64,000 nt of DNA from positions 2,688,001 through 2,752,000 of the forward strand of contig OY970218.1 in NCBI GenBank assembly GCA_963713975.1, written 5' to 3'. The notes under the pieces are model-generated. The model was not told the DNA's origin, searched no databases, and was given only the letters and a program-made list of their open reading frames with translations. The stretch comes from an uncultured Chloroflexia bacterium (GTDB taxonomy: Bacteria > Chloroflexota > Limnocylindria > Limnocylindrales > CSP1-4). The translations under genes were made by a program, and so were the position numbers. Every line of letters begins with the position of its first letter. The first letter of the stretch is position 1. Of the stretch, positions 55,012-64,000 are shown piece by piece.

Positions 55012-56028
55012 GTGTTCGCGATGCTCAACGGTCCCTGGCCCCGTGTCTCAACCGGTGGGGACCGGCTGGCCGACCTCGAGGCGGCGGTCGCGGCAGGTCG
55101 CGCGGCCTCGACCGACCTGGCGGTTGCGATCGACCGCGTCGCTGCGGAGGCGGTGACGGCACAGGTCGAAGCCGGGCTGGGTCTCCTGACCGATGGGAGC
55201 GTGCGCTGGCCCGACCCGGCACGGGCCGTGTCCGAGGCGCTCCGGCAGGGCGACGCCGGGCCCGGGGGGATGCTGGTCCGGGCATGGTGTGCCACCGCGG
55301 CTCTCACCGGCACGCCGGTCGCCCAGCCGATCCCGGGGCCGTGGACGCTGGCGACGGGGGAGGGCGTCGCGGCAGGCAACCCTCGACGCGTGGCGAGTCG
55401 CGCAGTTGAGCTTGCGGACGCGCTGGCCGGTGAGCTGGCGGCATTGGCGGCGGCGGGCTGTCCGGTCGTGCAGGTCATGGAGCCGGAGGTGGTCGGGATC
55501 GGCGAGGACACGGCTGCCCGGGACGGCTTCAGACTGGCCCAGCGGCGACTGCTGGCGCTGGCGCCCGACCTCCACGCGATGCTGGCCATCACGGGCGGAT
55601 CCGCCCATGCGACAGGCGCCCCGACGGTCTTCGATGCCCCGTACAGCTCGTATCTGTTCGACCTCATCGCCGGTCCGGACAACTGGCACCTGGTCCGGGC
55701 CGCGCCCGCGGACCGCGGCATCATCTGCGCCGTGCTCAGGTCCGGGGACGGTGCCGAGGCCTGGGACCAGGCTCCCCAGCTGGTGTGGGCCGCGCGGTAT
55801 GCCGCCTCGGCCGGCGCAAGGGGACTGGAGCGAGTAGGGATCGCAAACGCGTCTCCCCTGACGGGCCTGGATCCCGCCGTTGCGCGTCGGGCGCTGGAGG
55901 CGCTGGGGCGTGCAGCGACGCTTGCCGGCATGCCGGTCGCCGAGGCGGTCGAGGCAGGCCTCGACCCACGGACGGTCAACACGCTGCCCAAGACCGCGGG
56001 CGTGCCGGCGGCAGACAAGCCAGGTTGA
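55012..56028 (+). CDS. single-barrel MetE-like (cobalamin-independent methionine synthase-like) protein lacking Zn ligands
   Basis: G.WPR, Q.EAG..LLTDG.VRW.D, PGP.TL and VQV.EP motifs; no HxC or PDCG. Confidence 0.7.
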   Translation: MFAMLNGPWPRVSTGGDRLADLEAAVAAGRAASTDLAVAIDRVAAEAVTAQVEAGLGLLTDGSVRWPDPARAVSEALRQGDAGPGGMLVRAWCATAALTGTPVAQPIPGPWTLATGEGVAAGNPRRVASRAVELADALAGELAALAAAGCPVVQVMEPEVVGIGEDTAARDGFRLAQRRLLALAPDLHAMLAITGGSAHATGAPTVFDAPYSSYLFDLIAGPDNWHLVRAAPADRGIICAVLRSGDGAEAWDQAPQLVWAARYAASAGARGLERVGIANASPLTGLDPAVARRALEALGRAATLAGMPVAEAVEAGLDPRTVNTLPKTAGVPAADKPG

Positions 56029-56250
56029 CCCGACCTGCCCTGACCCGCCCAACATCGACCCCCGACGGCCCCGGCTGGCTCCGGGCAGCAACACCGGGTT
56101 GCGCCCGAGGCGCCAGCCTGCCACCATCCGGGAAGCCGTCCGGTCGGGCCACATGGCCCAGCGGACGCGGGCCATTGGTCCTGTGGCATCCGTCCTGCCC
56201 CCGGCCGTGCCGGGAAGCTGCACCGCCTGGTCGGTGAGGAGGTCGTCCCG

Positions 56251-56745
56251 GTGTCCGAGCTGCGCATCGCGCTCGAGGTGAACGGTGAGCACCGGGAGGT
56301 GGACGTCGAGCCGCGTCGGCTCCTCGTCCAGGTCATCCGCGAGGAGCTGGGCCTGACCGGGACGCACGTCGGCTGCGACACGAGCCAGTGCGGGGCCTGC
56401 ACCGTCCACGTCGATGGGAAGGCCGTGAAGAGCTGCACCATGCTCGCCGTCCAGGCGGATGGCTCGAGCGTCACCACCATCGAGGGGATGGGGGACGTGG
56501 GCAGCCTCCACCCGCTTCAGAACGCGTTCTGGGAGAAACATGGTCTGCAGTGCGGCTTCTGCACCCCGGGGATGATCATGGCAGCCGCCGACCTGCTTGC
56601 CCGCAACGCGGAGCCCACGGACACCGAGATCCGCCATGCCATCGAGGGCAACATCTGCCGCTGCACCGGCTACCACAACATCGTGCTGGCCGTGCGCGAG
56701 GCCGCCCGGGTCATGCGCGACGGCGCCACCACCGCAATGGCCTGA
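56251..56745 (+). CDS. (2Fe-2S)-binding subunit, CoxS-like
   Basis: [23 protein letters not shown] and GNICRCTGY motifs. Confidence 0.95.
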   Translation: MSELRIALEVNGEHREVDVEPRRLLVQVIREELGLTGTHVGCDTSQCGACTVHVDGKAVKSCTMLAVQADGSSVTTIEGMGDVGSLHPLQNAFWEKHGLQCGFCTPGMIMAAADLLARNAEPTDTEIRHAIEGNICRCTGYHNIVLAVREAARVMRDGATTAMA

Positions 56746-56756
56746 GGAGGAGCGAC

Positions 56757-59159
56757 GTGACCACCGACGTCCTCGGCGCGCCCGTCAAGCGGGTCGAAGA
56801 TCCCCGGTTCATCACCGGCAAGGGCCGCTACCTCGACGACATCAGCATGCCCGGCATGGTCCATATGTCGATCCTCCGGAGCCCCTACGCCCACGCCAAC
56901 GTCAAGGCCATCGACACCACGGTGGCCAAAGCGGCGCCTGGTGTCCTCGCGGTGATCGTCGGCGCGGACATCCCGTACAACCCGCTCCCCATGGCCTGGC
57001 CGGCGGGCGGCGCCTCCGGCATCCGGAACAACGTCAACATGCCTCGGGTGCTGGCCACGGACTCGGTCAAGTGGACCGGTGAGGGGGTGGCGGCGGTGAT
57101 CGCCGAGACCCTGGAGCAGGCGGTGGACGCGATCGAGCTGATCCAGGTCGATTGGGAGCCGCTTCCAGCCGTCGTGGACGCCGAGAAGGCGACCCAGACC
57201 GGCGCCCCCCAGCTCCACGAGAACGCGCCCAACAACGTGGTGTTCGACTGGTCCGTCGGCGACAAGGCGGGCACCGACGCCGCCTTCGACGGCGCGGAGG
57301 TCGTGGTCCGTCAGCGCCTGGTCAACCAGCGACTGATCCCGAACCCGATGGAGGTCCGGGGCGACATCGGCTGGTACAACCCGGGGACGGACGAGTACAC
57401 GATCTGGATGTCCAGCCAGACCCCGCACATCCAGCGGCTGCTGCTGACGGCCTTCGTGACCGGCATCCCGGAGCACAAGGTGCGGTGCATCAGCCCGGAC
57501 GTCGGTGGCGCCTTCGGCACCAAGATCTTCTGCTACGCGGACATGGCGCTGGTGATGTTCGCCAGCAAGCTGATCGGCGGCCGGCCGGTCAAGTGGGTGG
57601 AGTCCCGCCGCGAGAGCTACCACAGCACGATCCATGGCCGGGACCACATCACGTACGTCGAGGCTGCGGCGACGAAGACGGGCGAGGTCCATGGCCTTCG
57701 CGTCAGGACGTACGCCAACCTGGGCGGACGCCTGTCCACGATCGGCCCGGGCATCCCGACGACGCTCTACGGCCGGATCCTGTCGGGTCCGTACAAGATC
57801 CCGAACGTCCATTGCGAGGTCACCGGCGTCTACACGAACACGACGTTCGTGGACGCGTATCGAGGTGCCGGCCGCCCAGAGGCCACCTACGTGGTCGAGC
57901 GGGCCATGGACCTGGTGGCAGACGAGCTGGGGATCGACCCGGTCGAGATCCGGCGGCGGAACTTTCTGCCGCCCGACAGCTTCCCCTACGACAACCCGTC
58001 CGGCCTCCTCACGGCCGTCAATGGCAGCAAGCTGTTCATCGACTCCGGCAACTACGAGCCCGCCCTTGACAAGGCGCTGGCGATGGCCGGCTACGCCGAC
58101 CGCGCGGCAAGGAAGGCCGAGGCGAAGCGCCGCGGCAGGCTCATGGGGGTCGGCCTGTCCACCTACATCGAGGTCTGCGGTGTCGCGCCGTCGAAGTGGA
58201 TCGGCGCCGTCGGTGAGGGCTGGGGCGCGGCGATGTGGGAGTCGTCCAATATCAAGGTCCACCTGACCGGCAAGGTCGTGGTCACGATGGGCACCCAGCC
58301 GCAGGGCCAGGGTCACGAGACCACCTATGCGCAGATCATCAGCCACGAGCTGGGGATCCCGATGGACGACATCGTGATCCAGCACTCGGACACCCAGGGC
58401 ACCCCGTTCGGCTATGGCTCCTACGGCAGCCGCACGTCAAACGTGGGCACCGGCGCCGCGCTCAAGGCGGCGGCCAAGATCCGAGAGAAGGCACGCTTGT
58501 ACGCCGCCCACATGCTGGAGGCAGCCCCCGAGGACATCGAGATCGACGGACCGAACTACAGCGTCAAAGGCTCGCCCGACAAGGTCAAGACCATCCAGGA
58601 GATCGCGTTCGCCCTGGATCTCGCGTTCGACACGCCGGCGGGCATGGAGCCCTACCTGGACGAGACCGCCTACCACGACACGCCCAACTGCACGTTCCCG
58701 TTCGGGACCCACATCGCGATCGTCGAGATCGACGAGGAGACTGGAGTGGTCGATCTCGTCCGCTACGTGGCGGTGGATGATGTCGGCAAGAAGATCAACC
58801 CGATGATCGTGGACGGCCAGCTCCACGGCGGCATCGCCCAGGGCATCGGTCAGGCACTGTGGGAGGAGGCCATCTACAGCGATGACGGTCAGCTCCTCAG
58901 CGGGTCGATGCTGGACTATGCGCTGCCACGGGCGTCGTGGCTGCCGGCCTTCGAGCTGGACGAGACCATCACACCGTCCCCGGTCAACGCGCTGGGCGTG
59001 AAGGGCGTCGGTGAGGCCGGCTGCATCGCCAGCACCGCCGCCGTGGCCAACGCCGTCATCGACGCGCTGAGCCCGCTCGGCATCCGCCATCTCGACATGC
59101 CGTACACCGCACAGAAGGTCTGGGGAGCGATCCAGGCCGCGAAGGGAGGCCAGGCATGA
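56757..59159 (+). CDS. xanthine dehydrogenase-family molybdopterin subunit (form II CoxL-like)
   Basis: GGAFG.K, AYRGAGR, GQGHET, GQLHGG..QG and KGVGE motifs; GAGGAGG RBS. Confidence 0.95.
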   Translation: MTTDVLGAPVKRVEDPRFITGKGRYLDDISMPGMVHMSILRSPYAHANVKAIDTTVAKAAPGVLAVIVGADIPYNPLPMAWPAGGASGIRNNVNMPRVLATDSVKWTGEGVAAVIAETLEQAVDAIELIQVDWEPLPAVVDAEKATQTGAPQLHENAPNNVVFDWSVGDKAGTDAAFDGAEVVVRQRLVNQRLIPNPMEVRGDIGWYNPGTDEYTIWMSSQTPHIQRLLLTAFVTGIPEHKVRCISPDVGGAFGTKIFCYADMALVMFASKLIGGRPVKWVESRRESYHSTIHGRDHITYVEAAATKTGEVHGLRVRTYANLGGRLSTIGPGIPTTLYGRILSGPYKIPNVHCEVTGVYTNTTFVDAYRGAGRPEATYVVERAMDLVADELGIDPVEIRRRNFLPPDSFPYDNPSGLLTAVNGSKLFIDSGNYEPALDKALAMAGYADRAARKAEAKRRGRLMGVGLSTYIEVCGVAPSKWIGAVGEGWGAAMWESSNIKVHLTGKVVVTMGTQPQGQGHETTYAQIISHELGIPMDDIVIQHSDTQGTPFGYGSYGSRTSNVGTGAALKAAAKIREKARLYAAHMLEAAPEDIEIDGPNYSVKGSPDKVKTIQEIAFALDLAFDTPAGMEPYLDETAYHDTPNCTFPFGTHIAIVEIDEETGVVDLVRYVAVDDVGKKINPMIVDGQLHGGIAQGIGQALWEEAIYSDDGQLLSGSMLDYALPRASWLPAFELDETITPSPVNALGVKGVGEAGCIASTAAVANAVIDALSPLGIRHLDMPYTAQKVWGAIQAAKGGQA

Positions 59160-60016
59160 TCCCGGCGGCCGTCGGGTACACCCGGGCGAGCAGCGTCGAC
59201 GAGGCGCTCCAGATCCTCGCGTCGGACGACGGCGCCAAGGTCATCGCCGGCGGCATGAGCCTGCTGCCGCTGATGAAGCTCCGGCTGGCCCAGCCGGCCA
59301 TGCTGGTGGACATCGGACGGCTGGCCGAGCTGCGCGGGGTCCACCGGCTGGGCGACGGGCGGCTCGCGGTCGGTGCCCTCACCACGTACGCAGACCTGCT
59401 GGACTCTCCGGCGAACCAGTACGGCGTGCTCCACGATGTCCTCCCGACCATCGGCGACGTCCAGGTCCGGAATCGCGGGACCTTGGGCGGCGCGATCGCC
59501 CATGCGGACCCCAGCTCCGATCTCCCGGCGGCGCTGCTGGCCCTGGACGCGGAACTCGTGCTGCAGTCCGCGCGCGGCACGAGGACCGTGCGTGCAGACG
59601 GCTTCTTCGAAGGCGCGTTCATGACCGGGCTGGGGCACGACGAGCTCGTCACCCAGGTCATCCTGCCGGCCCCGCTCGATCACGCCGGCTCGGCCTACGC
59701 CTCGCTCGAGCAGCCGGCATCCGGGTACGCGATGGTAGGCGTCGCCGCCGTCGTGATCAGCGGCACCGATGGCCGGATTGCCTCGGCCGGGATCGGCATC
59801 ACCGGTGTCCACGAGCACGCCTACCGGGCTCCAGAGGTCGAGGCCGCGCTCGTCGGCACCGACGGGTCGGCGTCGGCCATCGCGGCCGCCGCGGCCCACG
59901 CGACCGACGAGGTCGAGGTCAACGCCGACATCCACGCCGGACGCGACTACCGCACCGCGATGGCGACCGTGGTCACGCGCCGGGCGATCGAGGCGGCCCT
60001 GGCCCGGCTCGGCTGA
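59156..60016 (+). CDS. FAD-binding subunit, CoxM-like
   Basis: AGGMSLLP.MKLR, QVRNRGTLGG.IAHADP and DIH....YR motifs. Confidence 0.93.
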   Translation: MIPAAVGYTRASSVDEALQILASDDGAKVIAGGMSLLPLMKLRLAQPAMLVDIGRLAELRGVHRLGDGRLAVGALTTYADLLDSPANQYGVLHDVLPTIGDVQVRNRGTLGGAIAHADPSSDLPAALLALDAELVLQSARGTRTVRADGFFEGAFMTGLGHDELVTQVILPAPLDHAGSAYASLEQPASGYAMVGVAAVVISGTDGRIASAGIGITGVHEHAYRAPEVEAALVGTDGSASAIAAAAAHATDEVEVNADIHAGRDYRTAMATVVTRRAIEAALARLG

Positions 60017-60041
60017 CGCTGCGGCTTCCGGAACCCGACGG

Positions 60042-61091
60042 ATGCGGCTCGAGCAGATCGTCCCGGGCCGTACACCGTCCGCCGGGCTCAGCGGCGCGAT
60101 CCTGACCCGCGACCTCTCGATCGCGGGTCGTCGCCTGCCGAAAGGAACGCGGCTGTCACCGGAGGACCTGGCCCTTGTCGCCGAGGCACCCGCCGGTGCC
60201 GCCGTCACCGTCCTGGTGCCGGACCCCGGGGATGTGCACGAGGACGACGCGGCGGTGCGTCTCGCGGCCGCCGTCGTGGGGGAGGGGGCCGCGGTCACGC
60301 CGCGGGGGCCCGTCCAGTCACGGCTGGACCTGGTCGCCACCGCGGCCGGCGTGGTGGAGGTCCGGCTCGCGGCGCTGGAGCGTCTCAACCGCATGGATCC
60401 GCTCGAGGTGTTCACGGTCTTCGACGGGCAGGTCGTCGAGCCCGGTGACCTCGTGGCGAGCGTCAAGATCGCACCCCACCTGGTGCCGGAGGCCATTCTT
60501 GTCGCGGGTGAGTCGGTGGCGCGGCGCGGCGGCCCGCTGGTTGGGGTCCGTCCCTTCCGGCCGGTCCGTCTGGCCGCGGTGGTCAAGGAGCGGGTGACCG
60601 GAGCGGCGCGCAGCCGGTTCGAGACCTCCATCCAGTCCAAGGCGGAGGGCATGGGTGCGCGTCTCGGGATGGTGGCCTACGTGCGCGACGACGTGGTCGC
60701 TGTCACGGAGGCGCTCGGCGCGGCGATTGCGCCCGGACCCCTCCGGGCCGCAATCGTGCTCACCGCAGGCGGCGCGAGCACGAACCCTGCGGACCCCTTC
60801 TTCCTTGCCGTCGAGGCCATGGGCGGAAGGATCGTCCGCCACGGCGTGCCATCCCACCCGGGCTCCATGCTCTGGCTGGCCGTGATCGGCCGTGCCGCCA
60901 TCGTCGGCCTGCCCAGCTGCGGCGCGTACTCGATGGCGACCGCTGCCGACCTCCTCCTGCCGCGCCTGGTGGCCGGCCAGCCACCGACCGCGGCGACCGT
61001 CGCCCGCCTCGCCCACGGCGGCATCCTCAACCGCAGCCAGCGATTCCGGTTTCCGCCCTACGCTCGCCATCTCGAACCGCCGCAGGGCTGA
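60042..61091 (+). CDS. molybdopterin-binding (MoeA/MogA-like) accessory protein
   Basis: D.HEDDAA, ASVKI.P, GG.S..P.D, G.P..PG.ML and GLP.C motifs. Confidence 0.8.
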   Translation: MRLEQIVPGRTPSAGLSGAILTRDLSIAGRRLPKGTRLSPEDLALVAEAPAGAAVTVLVPDPGDVHEDDAAVRLAAAVVGEGAAVTPRGPVQSRLDLVATAAGVVEVRLAALERLNRMDPLEVFTVFDGQVVEPGDLVASVKIAPHLVPEAILVAGESVARRGGPLVGVRPFRPVRLAAVVKERVTGAARSRFETSIQSKAEGMGARLGMVAYVRDDVVAVTEALGAAIAPGPLRAAIVLTAGGASTNPADPFFLAVEAMGGRIVRHGVPSHPGSMLWLAVIGRAAIVGLPSCGAYSMATAADLLLPRLVAGQPPTAATVARLAHGGILNRSQRFRFPPYARHLEPPQG

Positions 61092-61137
61092 CGGCCCCGC
61101 CGGGTGGCGGCCGGTCGAGGTGTCTGGGCGGCCGGGG

Positions 61138-61163
61138 TGTAATCGTTCGGGGTCCTCCGCGTT
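61138..61163 (+). promoter_or_regulatory. putative ECF-sigma promoter
   Basis: TGTAAT-N16-CGTT upstream of the secreted protein/ECF module. Confidence 0.55.
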
Positions 61164-61203
61164 GTCCTTGGTGATCAACCCACACCACGGAGGGATAGCC
61201 CCC

Positions 61204-61932
61204 ATGCGACGAACCCGGCTGGCCCGCTTCCTGGGGGCCGCAATGCTGGCCGCCCTGGTGCTCCCGCAGGCCGCGCTTGCCACCCCAGGGACCGCGACCA
61301 AGGCCAACGCCGACCTCGCGCCGATCAAGCTCGGTTGTGCGCTCGTGGTCCCGAACCCGCTGGCATCCGCCGCGCCCAACCGGGCGATCGTCTGCCGCTG
61401 GTCGGCTCCCGATGGTGTCGCCATCCGTGCCTTCCGGCTGTGGCGCTCCGTGGACGCCGCCCCGCGCCGGCTCGCTGCCACGATCCCCGCTGCCGACGCG
61501 CTTCGGCATGCCGACCGCAACATCCGTTCCGGCCATACCTATCACTACCGCGTGATCGGGCTGGCGGCGGACGGGACGAGGGTCGCGAGGAGCGCACGGG
61601 TCACGGTCCACGTCGGACGGCAGGCCGAGACGCTGCGCCTTGGCTGTGCGGTGGTGATCGACGCCGGGCATCGTGGCGTCGCCTGCCACTGGTCGGACGC
61701 CGCGCGGCCGGCGGCCGTCCGGTACGTGCTGTATCGCTCGGTCGATGGTGGTCCTCGTGAGGCCGTCTACCGGACGGGCGAGGACGGCCGCCGCCGGTAC
61801 TTGGACACGGATGTGAAGGCCGGCCAGGTGGTCCGCTACGCGGTGGTCGCCCTCAACGCCCACAACCGGATTGTCTCGTTCGGCGGGCCCGACCGGGTTC
61901 GCATCCCGAACGGGTTCGTCCCCGCGACGTAG
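61204..61932 (+). CDS. secreted protein with two repeated Cys-pair FN3-like beta domains
   Basis: GGAGG RBS, signal ending ALA; LGCA...CxWS...L.RSVD...Y.V repeated twice. Confidence 0.8.
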   Translation: MRRTRLARFLGAAMLAALVLPQAALATPGTATKANADLAPIKLGCALVVPNPLASAAPNRAIVCRWSAPDGVAIRAFRLWRSVDAAPRRLAATIPAADALRHADRNIRSGHTYHYRVIGLAADGTRVARSARVTVHVGRQAETLRLGCAVVIDAGHRGVACHWSDAARPAAVRYVLYRSVDGGPREAVYRTGEDGRRRYLDTDVKAGQVVRYAVVALNAHNRIVSFGGPDRVRIPNGFVPAT

Positions 61933-61965
61933 CCCACCATCGCCGCGGCCGTCACACTGGGCCCG

Positions 61966-62538
61966 GTGGAAGGGCGCGCAGATGCCGAAGGCGATGAGCG
62001 GGAACTGGTCGAGCGGGCGAGGGTCGATCCGTCGGCCTTCGCCGAGCTCTACAGGCGATACCTGCCGCGTGTCTATGCGTTCGCCTATCGCCGGACAGGT
62101 GCGGTGGAGGTCGCCGAGGACATCACCTCGGCGGCCTTCGAGCGCGCGCTGCGCAACCTGGGCTCCTTCGCGTGGCGGCCGGGCGGCTTCGGGCCGTGGC
62201 TGTTCCGCATCGTCGCCAACGAGCTTGCCGACCATTACCGCCGGGCCGGACGTTCCGGCTCCGAGCGCACCGCGGTCGCGCTGCGCAACCTGCATGCCCA
62301 GGAGCCGCCTGATCCCGCGGACGAGGTTGGCGCCCGTGACGCCGTCGCGGAGGTGCTGGCCGCAATGGACCTCCTGAGCCCCCGCTACCAGCAGGCGCTC
62401 TCGCTGCGGTATCTCGCGGGGCTCAGCCCCGACGAGGCGGCGGCCGCCATGGGCACGTCCAAGGCGACGATGGCAGTCGTGGTCCACCGCGCGACGCGGG
62501 CGCTGCGCAAGGCCCTCACGACGGAGGACGGGTCGTGA
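61966..62538 (+). CDS. ECF sigma-70 factor
   Basis: AFAELY..Y...VY, AEDITS..F, WLFRI..N and HRA...LR motifs. Confidence 0.92.
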   Translation: MEGRADAEGDERELVERARVDPSAFAELYRRYLPRVYAFAYRRTGAVEVAEDITSAAFERALRNLGSFAWRPGGFGPWLFRIVANELADHYRRAGRSGSERTAVALRNLHAQEPPDPADEVGARDAVAEVLAAMDLLSPRYQQALSLRYLAGLSPDEAAAAMGTSKATMAVVVHRATRALRKALTTEDGS

Positions 62539-63623
62539 GCGACGACACCCGCCGCCAGCTCGACGAGGCCGGCAGGCGACCCGTGCCACCGCCGGACCCC
62601 GCGTTCGCTGACGGCCTCGAGGGGCGTCTCCGGGCCGTTGCCTCGAGCCTGCCCCCGGCGTCGCCGCGTCCGCCGCGGCGACGGTGGATCGTGACCAGCC
62701 GGGGACTGCTCGGAGCCGGCATGGGGCTGGCCGGGCTCGCGCTTGCCATCGCCGTTGGCGCGTCTGTCCTGGCTCCTCGTCCCTCGGCAGGCCCGGCCCC
62801 TGAGCTGGCCGGGCTCGTCAACGTCGAGGTCGCGCTCATCGACGGCACGACCCTCGAGGATCCCGACGGCCTCCTCCTCCCCGAGGGCGCCGTCGTCACG
62901 GTCGGGCAGGGAGGGTCGGCGCGGGTCGGCGACACCGTCCTTGGCCCCGGTGACACGGCCACGATGCGCGATGGCCGCCTCCAGGTGGAGCACCAGTCTC
63001 CGGTCGCGGTGCTGCCCCAGCCGACGCCCACCCGCTCAAGACCTCCAGAAGAGACCGGCCGACCCGCCTCGCAGCCACCCGCCTCGCAGCCACCGCAACG
63101 ATCCCCATCGCCGACGCCGGGCGGGGCCGCGACCGCTTCGCCCCCGTCTGCGGCGACGTCCACGCCATCGCCGTCGCCGACCGCGCGGCCCGCGCGCACG
63201 GATCCATCTCCGGCCGCCACCTCCACCTCCAAGCCGGCGATCCACCGGCCCGTGCTCCGGGCACGCCTGATCAGCGGCCCGCGCGTGGCGGTGCGCTGGA
63301 CGGCCACCCGGGGGGCGCACAGCTACCTCCTGCTCGCCACGTGGTCCACGTCCGGACCCGCCCCGAAACCGACCTACCCGGCCGCCCCGGGCACTCGGAT
63401 CGTCGGCGAGTTCGCCAGCCCGCCAGCACAGGCGCTCCGGATGCGGGTGCCTGACGGGGTCGTGGAGGTTCGGCTCCGGGTGGTCGCCCTGCGGCCCGAT
63501 GGCACGGTGCTCCGGCAGAGCCGGGTAGTGACGGTGACGATCGCCCCCAACGCCAGCCTGAGCTCCGACCCCGACGTCAGCCCCAGCCCGAGTCCGACGC
63601 CGACCCCGACGCCGGCCCCCTGA
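62535..63623 (+). CDS. putative anti-sigma membrane protein with Pro-rich linker and C-terminal beta domain
   Basis: GTGA-coupled to the ECF gene; PDPAF...LE..L, one TM, extracellular domains. Confidence 0.7.
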   Translation: MSDDTRRQLDEAGRRPVPPPDPAFADGLEGRLRAVASSLPPASPRPPRRRWIVTSRGLLGAGMGLAGLALAIAVGASVLAPRPSAGPAPELAGLVNVEVALIDGTTLEDPDGLLLPEGAVVTVGQGGSARVGDTVLGPGDTATMRDGRLQVEHQSPVAVLPQPTPTRSRPPEETGRPASQPPASQPPQRSPSPTPGGAATASPPSAATSTPSPSPTARPARTDPSPAATSTSKPAIHRPVLRARLISGPRVAVRWTATRGAHSYLLLATWSTSGPAPKPTYPAAPGTRIVGEFASPPAQALRMRVPDGVVEVRLRVVALRPDGTVLRQSRVVTVTIAPNASLSSDPDVSPSPSPTPTPTPAP

Positions 63624-63697
63624 CGCGCCAACCGCCGCGTTTCGCGTCGCCGGCTCGCGGGTGCCCGACACGAGTCCCCGGTGTAGGATCGGCCCCC

Positions 63698-64000
63698 ATG
63701 GAATCCGATCAGCCTCGCACCGCCGCCGCAGCGGCTGCAACCCGTTCCTCGGCCCGCGACGGGCGCCCGGAGGCGACCCGCAGCATCGAGGGCATCACGG
63801 CCGCGTTCCGCGATCACGGCTACATCGCCGAGCGCTCGCTCGCAACCACCGTGTTCCTGGCGCTCGAGCTCGGCCGGCCGCTGCTGCTCGAGGGCGAGGC
63901 GGGCGTCGGCAAGACCGAGCTGGCGAAGGTCCTCGCCACCACCCTCGGGACACGGCTCATCCGGCTCCAGTGCTACGAGGGCCTGGACGTCAACACGGCC
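63698..64000 (+). CDS. MoxR-family AAA+ ATPase (CoxD-like), truncated by the window end
   Basis: PLLLEGEAGVGKTE and LIRLQCYEGLD; TAGGAT -10-like element upstream. Confidence 0.9.
   Translation, partial: MESDQPRTAAAAAATRSSARDGRPEATRSIEGITAAFRDHGYIAERSLATTVFLALELGRPLLLEGEAGVGKTELAKVLATTLGTRLIRLQCYEGLDVNTA

Noticed and set aside
56757-59159. Bona fide aerobic CO dehydrogenase
   Set aside because: The active-site loop is AYRGAGR rather than AYxCSFR, and the gene order is S-L-M

Overview
Very GC-rich (roughly 70% or more by eye), gene-dense bacterial chromosome segment. Gene content and promoter style suggest a monoderm such as Chloroflexota or Actinomycetota (inference only). In order it holds: trxA/ArsR; a PLP dehydratase; folE; a B12-mutase small subunit-MeaB-acyl-CoA-ALDH operon; tRNA-Lys(CTT); a KdpD/KdpE-like pair with a KimA-type permease; a five-gene [NiFe]-hydrogenase-like operon ending in a heptaheme cytochrome c; a ~13 kb envelope/redox island (YceI, GT39, ferric-reductase-like/FMN-binding/ApbE, PDZ-less HtrA, MacAB-like ABC, OmpR-type two-component system); carAB; CopC; an ArsR unit; rocD; an M16 peptidase pair (one frameshifted); three ECF sigma/anti-sigma modules; SRAP; a TPR-rhomboid; a MetE-like protein; and a form II CoxSLM-like molybdenum hydroxylase. 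Most notable: (1) the hydrogenase-like complex keeps its metal-binding cysteines but has lost proton-transfer and canopy residues in both subunits plus the protease His, so it may do different chemistry. (2) Six TCTCAG-N5-TCTCA(G/T) MprA-type boxes mark a contiguous regulon. (3) Two PyrR-like RNA sites and an Arg-rich leader ORF precede carA. (4) Leaderless promoters are pervasive. No mobile element or CRISPR array was seen. All family calls come from motif recognition by eye; no database search was run.
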